Shown one piece after another: positions 32,271 through 42,503 of a stretch of 64,000 bases of DNA (the stretch's first letter is position 1; the number at the start of each line of letters is the position of its first letter). This stretch comes from Alphaproteobacteria bacterium (lineage in GTDB: Bacteria; Pseudomonadota; Alphaproteobacteria; JAAXGF01). The translations under genes and the position numbers were made by a program. Below the pieces are notes generated by a model. The model did no database searches. It saw only the letters and a list, made by a program, of their open reading frames with translations, and was not told where the DNA came from. The stretch lies in NCBI GenBank assembly GCA_963555825.3, contig CAUVXB020000002.1:2400001-2464000 (forward strand), given 5' to 3'.

Positions 32271-32290
32271 TATCACTGATCCTTGGTATA
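32271..32290. mobile_element. Solo end of MITE family B
   Basis: tatcactgatccttggtata, identical to the right end of copy 2 (54905-54924). Confidence 0.75.
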
Positions 32291-32300
32291 AGCTCGCCCG

Positions 32301-33296
32301 ATGACCAAGCGGTTCAGCGTTCTCGGCGCCGGCGCCTGGGGCACGGCGCTCGCTCATCGCCTCGCCGTCGCCGGCGCGGACACCACGTTGTGGGCGCGCG
32401 ACGCGAGCGCCGCCGCCGCGATCAACGAGACCCACGAAAACGTCAGGCGCCTGCCCGGTGTCACGATTGACGCGCGCGTGCGCGCGACGGCCGAGATCGC
32501 CGATGCGGCCGACGGCGACGCGATGCTGCTGGTCGTGCCGGCGCAGGCCGTGCGCGCGACCTGCCGCGCCTTGGCGGCAACCGGGCGCACCCTGCCGCCG
32601 GTCGTGCTATGCGCCAAGGGCATCGAGGAAACCACCGGCGCCCTCATGCATCGGGTGGTGGTGGACGAAATCGCCGACGCCACCGTCGCGGTGCTGTCGG
32701 GCCCGAGCTTCGCCAGCGAGCTGGCCCAGGGGCTACCGGCCGCCGTGACGCTTGCCGCGACCGACGACACGACCGCCCGGTCGATTGCCGCGCTGGTCGC
32801 CTGCCCCGGCCTGCGGCCCTACACCTCGACCGACCTGGTCGGCGCCGAGATCGGCGGCGCGCTCAAGAACGTCTACGCCATCGCCTGCGGCATCGTCGAG
32901 GGGCGCGGCCTGGGGGTCAACGCGCGCGCCGCGCTGATCACGCGCGGATTCGCCGAGATGCAGCGCCTCGGCCGCGCACTCGGCGCCCGGCCGGAGACGC
33001 TGGCCGGTCTCTGCGGTCTGGGCGATCTGGTGCTCAGCTGCACCAGCACCAAGTCGCGCAACTACGCCCTGGGCCACGCACTGGGCGCGGCGGCGCAAGC
33101 GCAGGAATCGCTCGATCACCCGCCGGCGCTGGTCGAGGGCGTCGCCACCGCGGCGGCGGTCACTAAACTAGGCGCCGCGCACGCGGTCGACCTGCCGATC
33201 GCCGCGGCGGTCGACGCCATCGTCCATTCGGGCGCCGCGGTCGACGCCGAGATCGAACGCCTGCTGACCCGCCCGCTACGCGCCGAGGGACCGTGA
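32301..33296 (+). CDS. gpsA: NAD(P)H-dependent glycerol-3-phosphate dehydrogenase
   Basis: GAGAWGTALA, KGIE, SGPSFA, GGALKNVYAIA, GLGDL, SRN. Confidence 0.95.
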   Translation: MTKRFSVLGAGAWGTALAHRLAVAGADTTLWARDASAAAAINETHENVRRLPGVTIDARVRATAEIADAADGDAMLLVVPAQAVRATCRALAATGRTLPPVVLCAKGIEETTGALMHRVVVDEIADATVAVLSGPSFASELAQGLPAAVTLAATDDTTARSIAALVACPGLRPYTSTDLVGAEIGGALKNVYAIACGIVEGRGLGVNARAALITRGFAEMQRLGRALGARPETLAGLCGLGDLVLSCTSTKSRNYALGHALGAAAQAQESLDHPPALVEGVATAAAVTKLGAAHAVDLPIAAAVDAIVHSGAAVDAEIERLLTRPLRAEGP

Positions 33297-33306
33297 GAAC
33301 TCCAGT

Positions 33307-34749
33307 CTAGGCGGGCTCGGCGCCCGGCACCTCGGAGCGGATGTCGCGGAACTTGCCGCTCGCGTCGCGCGGGATGTCGTCGGCGTAGGTGATCGGCAGT
33401 TCGAAGGCATAGCCGAAGCTCGCGTTGATCGAGTCCTTGAGGGCGGTCTCCTCGTTGGGCGTCAGCGGCCGCGTGACGACGAGCTTCATCTCGATGACGT
33501 CGAGCGACGTTTGGACGAGCTGAAACTGGCGCACCGGGGCGATCGCGCCGAACTCGCGGTAGAGGTCGGGGAACACCCGCTCGCCGGTCGGCCGGACGAT
33601 GAAGTTGCGCGCCTTGCCGAGGACACGCTCGAGAACGGGCAGGCCGCGACCGCATTCGCATGGTTCGCCCAAGATCGTAACGTCGGCGATGTCGGAACGG
33701 ATGAACGGCGTCGCGAAGTTGTTGAGCGAGGTCGCCACGACGCGGCCGACCTCGCCGCGCCGGCACGGCCGGTCGTTGGCGTCGAGCACTTCGACCAGCA
33801 CGTTCTCGGCCTGGACGTGCATGTTGGTCGTCACTGGGCACTGATGCGCGATCGTGCCGAATTCCTCGGCGCTGTAGTTGTCGTGTATCGGCACGCCCCA
33901 GACCGCCTCGCATCTCTCGCGCACCCAGGGGTCGAGGGTCTCGCCGTAGGTCCGCACTTCGCGAAGCTTTTCGAAGCGGATGCCGGTTTCCTCGCTGCGC
34001 TGGACGAGGCCGAGAATGACGTAGGGGTGCGACTGCAGATAGACCGGATCCTCGGCGGCGACTTTTTCGAAAATATCGTCGATCGGCAGGCGCATGTCGA
34101 TCAGCAGCCCGGGGCCAGTGTGGGTGACCGGCGCCCAGCGAATGATCTCGCCGACCGGCGTGCTGGGCCTGGGCGGCCGGAGCGAGACGTTCTTCTGACT
34201 GAGGTCGCGCTGGTGCCAGATGTGCCCGCGCATGGTCAGCGCGTTCAGCATCATGCTGGTCATGACGGTAGTGAGAAACGTGATTGGTTGGCTCGTCGAG
34301 CCCGAGGTCTTCGATGGGCTCGGCGTGCCGTGGCCGGGCGGCAGCACCTTGCTTCGCAGGTCGCGGCCGGCCGTCTGTATGTCGTCGCGCTTCAGCAGGG
34401 GTATCCGGCGAAACCGCTCGAGCGTGAGCGCGCCCGGCGCCAGGCCGGCGAATGGCCGTAGGCGCTCGCGATAGAACGGCACGTGCCGGGCAGCGTGATC
34501 GATCAGGATCTGGATCTGGTGAAGCTGGTGGGCCAGCAGTTTCTCCTCGGACCACCATTGGGTCTCCTCGAGTTGAAACTGCAGGGCGAGCGCGTAGGCT
34601 TCCTGAGTGTTTTGCAGAACTGGCCAGGCGATGCCGGCGGCGGTGCCCCGGGTCTTGTCCGGCCGCTTCGGGGCGGTCGAAGCTCTCGCTTTCCGCGGTG
34701 TCCGCGCAGCGCTTTTCGGTTTATCCGTCGGTCGTTTCTTTCGCGACAT
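33307..34749 (-). CDS. Phenylacetate-CoA ligase / CapK-like adenylate-forming enzyme
   Basis: HVPFYR, TSGSTS, YSAEE, TSLNNFATPFIR, CECGRGLP. Confidence 0.8.
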   Translation of the reverse strand: MSRKKRPTDKPKSAARTPRKARASTAPKRPDKTRGTAAGIAWPVLQNTQEAYALALQFQLEETQWWSEEKLLAHQLHQIQILIDHAARHVPFYRERLRPFAGLAPGALTLERFRRIPLLKRDDIQTAGRDLRSKVLPPGHGTPSPSKTSGSTSQPITFLTTVMTSMMLNALTMRGHIWHQRDLSQKNVSLRPPRPSTPVGEIIRWAPVTHTGPGLLIDMRLPIDDIFEKVAAEDPVYLQSHPYVILGLVQRSEETGIRFEKLREVRTYGETLDPWVRERCEAVWGVPIHDNYSAEEFGTIAHQCPVTTNMHVQAENVLVEVLDANDRPCRRGEVGRVVATSLNNFATPFIRSDIADVTILGEPCECGRGLPVLERVLGKARNFIVRPTGERVFPDLYREFGAIAPVRQFQLVQTSLDVIEMKLVVTRPLTPNEETALKDSINASFGYAFELPITYADDIPRDASGKFRDIRSEVPGAEPA

Positions 34750-34961
34750 GACGTTGCACTTCCGCCACGGCTCCAGGGTCTTGCGCGAACCGCGCGCCCG
34801 ATCGGCCGAGGCGCGCCGAGCCCGCGGCGATATGCTATTCCTAGCCCAATCGACGGCGCGCGTCAGCCACCCGCGCGCGCCGTCGAGACCGGATGTGTCG
34901 ACCGCGGCGAGGATGCCATGGCGTCAAGCGCTCGTATCACTGGCGATCGGGTCGGCGACCC

Positions 34962-35222
34962 GTGAAGATCGAGGTCGCGTGCCACGCCGGCTACCGCGGC
35001 GACGAGACGCCCCGGCGGCTTACGCTCGGCGGCCGCGCAGTCGAGGTGGTCGAGGTGCTCGATCGCTGGCACGGCCCCGATCACCGCTATTTCAAGGTCG
35101 CGGGCGACGACGGCGCGATCTATATCCTGCGCCACGAGCCACCGAGCGGAGAGTGGCGGCTGACGCTGTATGAGCGCGGCGCCGCGGCGACGCCAACGCA
35201 ACAGGAGGACCGGGCGCCATGA
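34962..35222 (+). CDS. Small conserved hypothetical protein
   Basis: GYRGDETPRR…VLDRWHGPDHRYFKV…YILRH. Confidence 0.7.
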   Translation: MKIEVACHAGYRGDETPRRLTLGGRAVEVVEVLDRWHGPDHRYFKVAGDDGAIYILRHEPPSGEWRLTLYERGAAATPTQQEDRAP

Positions 35223-35266
35223 CCGTCCTCGTTACTGGCGCCACGGGGATCGTCGGCTCGGCGGTC
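35219..35266 (+). pseudogene. Orphan duplicate of the hpnA 5' end
   Basis: MTVLVTGATGIVGSAV versus MTVLVTGATGFVGAAV at 37425. Confidence 0.75.
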
Positions 35267-35339
35267 AGTCTGACGGGTAGATACGAGGCGTTCTTGACGT
35301 TATATTCAAAGAGTTGTTGTAGGCGCGGGGCGAAGCAAA

Positions 35340-37353
35340 ATGATGATCGATTACCAACTCGAAAGAAGCGATCTTAAAGAACTATCGAAATTCGTCAGCA
35401 CGTGGGCGAGGGCAGATCGATCCAATCCACCCAGTGGTAAAATTAAACTCGAACTACCTGGGTTTTTTAGTTTTTTAATATTAGTATTATTTGCAGTTTT
35501 ACTACAATATATTTTAAGAAATCAACTCGATTTCAACTTTCAATCCTACAGTTTTATAGCAGGAGCAATTGTGGGTTGTTTTTGCATATTGGCTGTGTAA
35601 AGTACAACTTCAGGCGAATGACGCCTTGGAAAGATGGCATAGTGGGCGGATGCAACCGGTCGTCGCAACACGTTCAGTTTGACTGGCCTGCAAGCACTGG
35701 TCCAGAGCTTCGGCGGGAGTTCTCCATCCGAGGGTCTTGCGGGGCCGTGTATTGAGCGCGTCAGCAACAACTGCGAGTACGTCCGGACTGTGTACGCTCA
35801 GATCGGTTCCTTTCGGGAAGTACTGTCGAAGCAGTCCATTGGTGTTCTCGTTCGTTCCGCGTTGCCAAGGGCTGTGCGGTTCGCAGAAGTAGACGGGAAG
35901 GCCGGTTGCGATCCGCAGATCCGCATGCCTGGCCATCTCTGCTCCCTGGTCCCAGGTCAGCGAGCGGCGAAGCTGCGCTGGCAATGTCGTGATCGTCCGG
36001 GCGATGGCATCGCGAACCGCTTCAGCCCCATGACCGGCAAGCGCAGGCCCGTTCTTCACGCGCGGGACGGTGCCGTGGCCTTCCATTCGGGGAAGATGCA
36101 GCAGCATTGTGAACCGCGTGGTGCGTTCCACCAGAGTGCCGATCGCCGATCTGCCCAAGCCGATGATCAGGTCACCTTCCCAGTGTCCGGGTACGGCCCG
36201 ATCAGCTGCTTCCGCCGATCGTTCACTGATCATGATCTCAGGCGTGACGAAGGATTTGCCCCGCCGGCGGCTACGTGCCCGAGGCACGCGCAGTGCCCTT
36301 CCCGTGCGAAGGCAGGCGGTCAGCTCACGACGGAGTGCGCCGCGGCCCTGTACGTAGAGCGCCTGATAGATCGCCTCATGACTGATCCGCATCGCTTGAT
36401 CCTCGGGCCCGTCCCCAGGATAGTCGATCCGAAGACGGTGCGCGATCTGCTCAGGACTCCAGGCCCTGGCCCATCGCCTGTGCTGCCGCGGCCCATGCCG
36501 ACGACCGTTCCAGACGACGCGTGGCCCCTCGATCACCGTTCCATCCGGTGCCGAGATCCGACCCGCAAGCCGATCCTGCACATAGCGCCGCAGCGCCTCA
36601 TTCGTTGCCAGCTTGGCTGGCTTCGGCCTTTTGGCGGATCGATCAGCATGCCACTGCGCCGTCGTTGCTCGGTAGTCCAGGCCACCGCTTCGGGTCGCCG
36701 CGTTGCGCCGCACCTCGCGGGAGATCGTCGACGGTGCTCGCTCCAGCCGGCAAGCAATATGACGTATGCCTCTTCCCTGGGCGCGCAGAAGAGCAATCTC
36801 CTCACGTTCCTCGAAAGACAGGTAACGTCCTGACAGCGGCTTGGCCGATTGCGATAAATGTGATGGTGGCATGCCGCCCGACCTCCGGAACCACCTCGAG
36901 CCTACCGGAGGGGATACACCGGCATCTCGGGCCGCGTCCTCGCTCGAACGCCCCGTCGCAATCGCTGCCCAGAACCGAACAAGCTCCTCACGCCGTGCCG
37001 AGTCCGGTCGACCTGGCGAATGCAACTTGCTCCGTCCAGACCGATCCGACCGCCGTCTGCGTACCGTCATAGCAACCTCCTATGCCAGAGTGTTGCGACG
37101 ACCGATTGAACTCGCCGTGTTTTCGCCGTCACAAATGGTCATCAACGAGACCGGCATTGAAACCCGCCAAGAAAATTGTCGATCGATGTCTAATTGGCTT
37201 GGTGTGTTCTCCGTGAAGGAAGCGGAGGAGCATTTTTTTCTCATGGTGGACAACTGCGCTGGATACGTCGTGCCCAAGCGCGCCTTCGCCGACACTGCCA
37301 AACTCGAAGAATTCCGCGCGCTGCTTGCCGCCCACGTCATGCCGCCTGCCTAA
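35340..37353 (+). pseudogene. Low-GC YcxB-family membrane protein interrupted by IS30 and a frameshift
   Basis: Two TM segments; after IS removal …WKDGIVFSPSQMVINETGIE…W…VVPKRAF. Confidence 0.7.
35645..37116 (-). mobile_element. IS30-family element (transposase ORF 35610..37070)
   Basis: TIRs ggcggatgcaaccggtcgtcgcaacac / gtgttgcgacgaccgattgaactcgcc; GTG duplication; GHWEGD, TWDQGAE, QRGTNENTNG. Confidence 0.93.
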
Positions 37354-37424
37354 CCCGCATTGCAACGGCGGGCGTTCGCCGCCATAACGGACTTCATGCA
37401 TCGATCGTTTAGCGGGCATTTGTC

Positions 37425-38411
37425 ATGACCGTCCTCGTCACCGGCGCGACGGGCTTCGTCGGCGCGGCGGTGCTGCGCGCGCTGCTCGACGCCGGCCAGG
37501 CGGTGCGCGCGCTGGTCAGGGCGGGCAGCGACCGGCGCAACCTCGAAGGCCTCGATGTCGAGCCGGTCGAGGGCGAGCTCGGCGACGCGGCATCGCTGGG
37601 CCGCGCGGTGGCCGGCTGCGCGGCGCTCTACCACGTCGCCGCCGACTATCGCCTCTGGGTGCCCGAGCCGGCGGCGATCTACCGCGCCAACGTCGAGGGC
37701 ACGCGCGCGTTGATGCGCGCCGCGGCCGAGGCCGGCGTCGCGCGCATCGTCTACACCAGCAGCGTCGCCGTGCTGGGGCTTCACGCCGACGGCGCGCCGG
37801 CCGACGAGACGGTCCCGGCGACGCTCGTCGACATGATCGGCCATTACAAGCGCTCGAAGTTCCTCGCCGAGCAGGCGGTCGCCGAGATGGCCGCCGAAGG
37901 CCTGCCGGTCGTGATCGTCAACCCGTCGACGCCGATCGGCCCGCGCGACGTCAAGCCGACGCCGACCGGGCGCATGGTCGTCGAGGCGGCCGCCGGACGC
38001 ATGCCGGCCTTCGTCGACACCGGCCTCAACCTGGTGCATGTCGACGACGTCGCCGCCGGCCACCTGTTGGCCTTCGAGCATGGCGCGGTCGGCGAACGCT
38101 ACATCCTCGGCGGCCATGACATGAGCCTGCGCGACATCCTGGCCGAAATCGCGGCGATCGCCGGGCGCAAGCCGCCCAAGGTGAAGCTGCCGCACGGCCT
38201 GATCCTGCCCTTCGCCTATGCCGCCGAGGGCATCGCACGGTTGACCGGGCGCGAGCCGTTCGCCACGGTCGACGGCATCCGAATGGCGCGCAAGAAGATG
38301 TACTTCTCCTCGGCCAAGGCCCGCGCGGCGCTCGGCTACCGGCCGCGCCCGGCGCTCGAGGCGCTCAGCGACGCCGTCGCCTGGTTCCGCGCCAACGGCT
38401 ATCTCGATTAA
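37425..38411 (+). CDS. hpnA: Hopanoid-associated NAD-dependent epimerase/dehydratase
   Basis: GATGFVG, HVAADYRLW, HYKRSK, NPSTPIGPRDVKPTPTG. Confidence 0.85.
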   Translation: MTVLVTGATGFVGAAVLRALLDAGQAVRALVRAGSDRRNLEGLDVEPVEGELGDAASLGRAVAGCAALYHVAADYRLWVPEPAAIYRANVEGTRALMRAAAEAGVARIVYTSSVAVLGLHADGAPADETVPATLVDMIGHYKRSKFLAEQAVAEMAAEGLPVVIVNPSTPIGPRDVKPTPTGRMVVEAAAGRMPAFVDTGLNLVHVDDVAAGHLLAFEHGAVGERYILGGHDMSLRDILAEIAAIAGRKPPKVKLPHGLILPFAYAAEGIARLTGREPFATVDGIRMARKKMYFSSAKARAALGYRPRPALEALSDAVAWFRANGYLD

Positions 38412-38577
38412 TGCGTCATCCGAATGATGTGAATCATTCGGATGACGCCAGCCCGCGCCAGTCTTATTGGGACAAGCGGGGGGCCGCCGACCGTTCGGCA
38501 AGCTTTGATCCCATAAGATTGGCATGTGCGGCGATTGAGCGCAGGCCACCTGTAGGTGGCCGCCAAAAAATACTCTA
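38409..38577 (+). repeat. Structured repeat family A, copy 4
   Basis: Starts at the hpnA TAA; perfect 16-bp 5' hairpin gcgtcatccgaatgat/atcattcggatgacgc; same core. Confidence 0.85.
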
Positions 38578-38590
38578 AAAGGATTTTGGC

Positions 38591-39355
38591 ATGACCGATG
38601 CACCCACCACACAGCTCTGCCGCCACACGCTGGAGTCCATCGAGCTGCGCGGCCGCGACCTGGTCGACGGCATGGTCGGCCGCATGAACTTCACCGAAGC
38701 GCTGTTCCTTCACATCACCGGCCGCGACCCCGGGTCGGCCGAGGCCGCGATCACCGACGCGGTGCTCATCGTGCTGATGGAGCACGGTCTGACGCCGAGC
38801 GCGATCGCTGCGCGCATGGTGTATGCCAGCGCGCCCGAGGCGCTGCAGGCGGGCGTCGCCGCCGGGCTGTTGGCGGTCGGCAGTCAATTCGTCGGCACCA
38901 TGGAGTTGACCGCGAATATTCTCTCCGAGATGGTCGACGACCCGGCCGGGATCGAGGCCGCGGCCGAGCGCATAGCCAAGGCCTACCGCGCCGAACGCCG
39001 GCCGATGCCGGGCTTCGGCCACCACCTGCACAAACCCGACGACCCGCGCCCGCCCAGGCTGTTTTCCATCGCCGAGAAACACGGCATGCCGGGCCGCCAC
39101 ATCGCCGCGTTGCGCGCGCTCGGTTCCGCGGTCGACGCCGCCGCCGGCCGCCACATCACGATCAACGCGACCGGCGCGGTCGCCGCGGTGCTGATGGAGA
39201 TCGGCGTCGCGCCCGAGATCATGCGCGGCTTCGCCGTCATCTCGCGCGCCGCCGGCCTGGTCGCCCACATCGCCGAGGAGCAAGAGCGCCCCGCGGCGCG
39301 GCGGATTTGGGAGGTGGCGGAGGGGGCCGTACCCTATGCCGACGATGGGACCTGA
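38591..39355 (+). CDS. Citryl-CoA lyase / citrate synthase-like protein
   Basis: EHGLTPS, PGFGH…DPR, INATGA, RAAGLVAH. Confidence 0.8.
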   Translation: MTDAPTTQLCRHTLESIELRGRDLVDGMVGRMNFTEALFLHITGRDPGSAEAAITDAVLIVLMEHGLTPSAIAARMVYASAPEALQAGVAAGLLAVGSQFVGTMELTANILSEMVDDPAGIEAAAERIAKAYRAERRPMPGFGHHLHKPDDPRPPRLFSIAEKHGMPGRHIAALRALGSAVDAAAGRHITINATGAVAAVLMEIGVAPEIMRGFAVISRAAGLVAHIAEEQERPAARRIWEVAEGAVPYADDGT

Positions 39356-39362
39356 GTAAGCG

Positions 39363-40997
39363 ATGCTCGAACGACGGGAAACGTATGACGAAGTCTACGG
39401 CGCATTCCGCTGGCGCATTCCGGCGCGCTACAACATCGGCGTCGATGCCTGTGACAAGTGGGCCGGGGACGCCGACAGGCTCGCGCTGATCCACGAGGAT
39501 GAGAGCGGGCGCGTCGAGACCTTCACCTTCGCGCGACTGAAAGAGCTGTCGGACCGTTTCGCCAACGCGCTTGGCGGACTCGGCGTCGGGCGTGGCGACC
39601 GGGTCGGCATCCTCTTGGCCCAGGGGCCCGAGACGGCGATCGCCCATCTCGCGGTCTACAAGCTGGGCGCGGTCGCGATGCCGCTGTTCACCCTGTTCGG
39701 GCCCGACGCGCTGGCCTACCGGCTCGAGAACTCGGGCACCCGGGCGGTGATCGGCGACGCCGCGAGCCTCGACAAGATCGCGCCGCTGCGCGATGGGCTG
39801 CCGGCGCTCGAGACCTTGATCGCGGTCGGCGGGACGGCCGGCGCGGCCGACTTCCACGCCCTGATCGACAAGGCCGCGAGCGGCTTCACGCCGGCCGACA
39901 CCGGCGCCGACGACCCGGCGCTGATCAGCTACACCTCGGGCACCACTGGCCCACCAAAGGGGGCGCTGCACGCCCATCGCGTGCTGCTCGGCCACTTGCC
40001 CGGCATCTCGTTGCCGCATAACTTCTTCCCGCAACCGGGCGATTTGATGTGGACGCCGGCCGACTGGGCGTGGATCGGCGGGCTGATGGACGCGCTGTTG
40101 CCGGCCTGGCACTTCGGCGTGCCGGTGCTGGCGCACCGCATGGCCAAGTTCGACCCCGAGCGCGCCTTCGCGCTGATCGCCCGGCACGGCGTGCGCAACG
40201 CCTTCATGCCGCCGACCGCGCTCAAGCTGATGCGCCAGGTCGAGGGCCCGCGGGCGCGCCACGACCTCGCCATGTGCTCGATCGGCTCGGGCGGCGAGAG
40301 CCTGGGCGCCGAGCTGCTCGACTGGGGGCGCGAGACCTTCGATCTCACGATCAACGAGTTCTACGGCCAGACCGAGGTGAATCTGGTGCTCGGCAACTGC
40401 GCCGAGATCATAGCCGTGCGGCCGGGCGCCATGGGCCGGCCGATCCCGGGCCACGAGGTCGCCGTGGTCGACGAGACGGGCGCGCCCGTGGCGACCGGCG
40501 AGACCGGCCAGGTCGCGATCAAGCGACCCGATCCGGTGATGTTCCTGGAATACTGGCGCGACGCGGCGGCGACCCGGGCCAAGTTCGTCGGCGACTGGTG
40601 CCTGACCGGCGATCTGGCGCGCATCGACGGCGACGGCTATTACTGGTTCGTCGGCCGCGACGACGACATCATCACATCGTCGGGCTACCGCATCGGCCCG
40701 GCCGAGATCGAGGACTGCCTGATGAAGTACCCCGCCGTCGCCATGGCGGCGGCGATCGGCGTGCCCGACGCGGTGCGCACCGAGATCGTCAAGGCGTTCG
40801 TCGTGGTTGCGCCCGGCGCGACCGCCGACGACGACCTGGCACGCGACATCCAGGCCCATGTCAAGACACGGCTCGCCGCCCACGAATACCCACGCGAGGT
40901 CGAGTTCGTGCCCGAGATGCCGCTAACCTCGACCGGCAAGATCATGCGCCGCGTGCTGCGCGCCCGCGAGATCGAGCGCCGGTCGGGCGAGGGTTAG
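39363..40997 (+). CDS. Acyl-CoA synthetase (AMP-forming)
   Basis: YTSGTTGPPKG, YGQTE, TGD, GRDDD, TGKI. Confidence 0.9.
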   Translation: MLERRETYDEVYGAFRWRIPARYNIGVDACDKWAGDADRLALIHEDESGRVETFTFARLKELSDRFANALGGLGVGRGDRVGILLAQGPETAIAHLAVYKLGAVAMPLFTLFGPDALAYRLENSGTRAVIGDAASLDKIAPLRDGLPALETLIAVGGTAGAADFHALIDKAASGFTPADTGADDPALISYTSGTTGPPKGALHAHRVLLGHLPGISLPHNFFPQPGDLMWTPADWAWIGGLMDALLPAWHFGVPVLAHRMAKFDPERAFALIARHGVRNAFMPPTALKLMRQVEGPRARHDLAMCSIGSGGESLGAELLDWGRETFDLTINEFYGQTEVNLVLGNCAEIIAVRPGAMGRPIPGHEVAVVDETGAPVATGETGQVAIKRPDPVMFLEYWRDAAATRAKFVGDWCLTGDLARIDGDGYYWFVGRDDDIITSSGYRIGPAEIEDCLMKYPAVAMAAAIGVPDAVRTEIVKAFVVVAPGATADDDLARDIQAHVKTRLAAHEYPREVEFVPEMPLTSTGKIMRRVLRAREIERRSGEG

Positions 40998-42112
40998 GGC
41001 CTGTTCTCGATCGCTGTGATCGTCTGACAATCCAGCGCCAGAAAAATTCGCGACATCATCCAGTAGCGCTTCAGGACGTTATCCTGGATATAGCGAATTC
41101 GCCTGGTCGAGCAGGCCGCCTTGACCTCCGCCCGCGCCTCTTGGAACTGCAACAACGTCGCGTCGGGCCAAAGATGATGCTCGATCTGGTAGTTGGTCCA
41201 GCCGTGGAGAACATCGCCGAGATCGCTGCCGCCGTTATAGTTGGCGGTCGCCAGCACCTGACGAGCATAATAATCCCGGCTGCCCGCGCCCGTATCCGCG
41301 AACATCGGAAGATCCGGCGCACAGTGGCTCGACCGTATGCAGATAAAGGTTTGAGCGCTATGGATCAGCTCGGCAAGCACCAGCGTTACGGCCACGTTGG
41401 TCGCAGCAGCCGGGCCGAAGGGCAGAAAAAGCAGCGTCGGCACGACAAAGCGGTAGGCCACATAAGGCAGATAGCGGCGCACCAAGAGCGCCCTGACATC
41501 GCGGTCCGCGATATCAAGAATGTCGCCGAGCTTGAACTCGTATGGCTGGAAACGCTTGTCGCCGCGCCGAAGCCGCAGCCATTCCTGTTCCATATAGGGC
41601 GCGTAATAGCTGAATTTCCAAGTCATTGTGAAGAAGGCCAGAACCAGATAGCGGACCGGCAGCCAAAGGTGCCTGAAGTGATCGGGGTTCATGAGATCGG
41701 CGTCGTTCGCGTCCTGGGTATTGGGGTGGTGCAGACGGTTGTGTAGGTGAAGCCACGCACCGTGCGTCCACCACTCGGGCCAGTCGATAAAGCGCCGCCA
41801 ACCGCGAGCAAAACATTTCGATGTGTATCGCTCAGGGATACCCTCGATGCGGTCGTACGCGCCATGGCCTATGTGGTGGCCGATGGTAAACCGGACGATC
41901 ATTCCCTGGGCAATCAGGAACGCGCTGAGTGGATTCGGGAAAATCCATGCGGTCGAAAAGCCCAGAACCGTGGCCAGGCGCCCGATCCACTCGATTTTTC
42001 TCAGGTGACGAAAGCTTCTTTGGCTCACATCGCGGCGAATTCTGGCGCCAATGCTACGAATATCGGCTGCGAAGCCAGACGCATCAACCACGAAAACGGC
42101 GTCGACTGTCAT
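40994..42112 (-). CDS. Fatty acid desaturase
   Basis: His boxes HHIGH, HNRLHH, QIEHH. Confidence 0.85.
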   Translation of the reverse strand: MTVDAVFVVDASGFAADIRSIGARIRRDVSQRSFRHLRKIEWIGRLATVLGFSTAWIFPNPLSAFLIAQGMIVRFTIGHHIGHGAYDRIEGIPERYTSKCFARGWRRFIDWPEWWTHGAWLHLHNRLHHPNTQDANDADLMNPDHFRHLWLPVRYLVLAFFTMTWKFSYYAPYMEQEWLRLRRGDKRFQPYEFKLGDILDIADRDVRALLVRRYLPYVAYRFVVPTLLFLPFGPAAATNVAVTLVLAELIHSAQTFICIRSSHCAPDLPMFADTGAGSRDYYARQVLATANYNGGSDLGDVLHGWTNYQIEHHLWPDATLLQFQEARAEVKAACSTRRIRYIQDNVLKRYWMMSRIFLALDCQTITAIENRP

Positions 42113-42503
42113 GCGAAACCCTCGATTGCTGATTTCCGACTCTCGTACCTTTAGATTACCGAAGATTGTAGATCAAAGCGTGCTCCTCGTCCATTTTCGA
42201 ACCATGATGTCTCGGGTCGGCGGATGCCGGCGGTTCGCTTACGCGCCATTTTCGACGCGGCCATGGCGCGTCGAGCGGCGGCCACTGCCAACGACCCGGC
42301 GTGCGCGAGGGGCCGATGCTGCAGGAACGAGTCGGCCGACGGCAGATCCGCATTCGGCAAGCTGCGCATCTTTGTCGAGGTCGTCGCGCGCTCCGATGAT
42401 CTTGATAACGTCTTCGGTCACGACGTCGACCGGGGACCCGAATACGCCAGCGCGAACTGCCCGGCGGGGCGCTAGATCGCCCTGCGCGCGGCGCTCACTA
42501 GCG

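Noticed and set aside
42224-42475. Small ORF faintly like a nucleotidyltransferase antitoxin tail
   Set aside because: No catalytic motif or partner gene; similarity too weak
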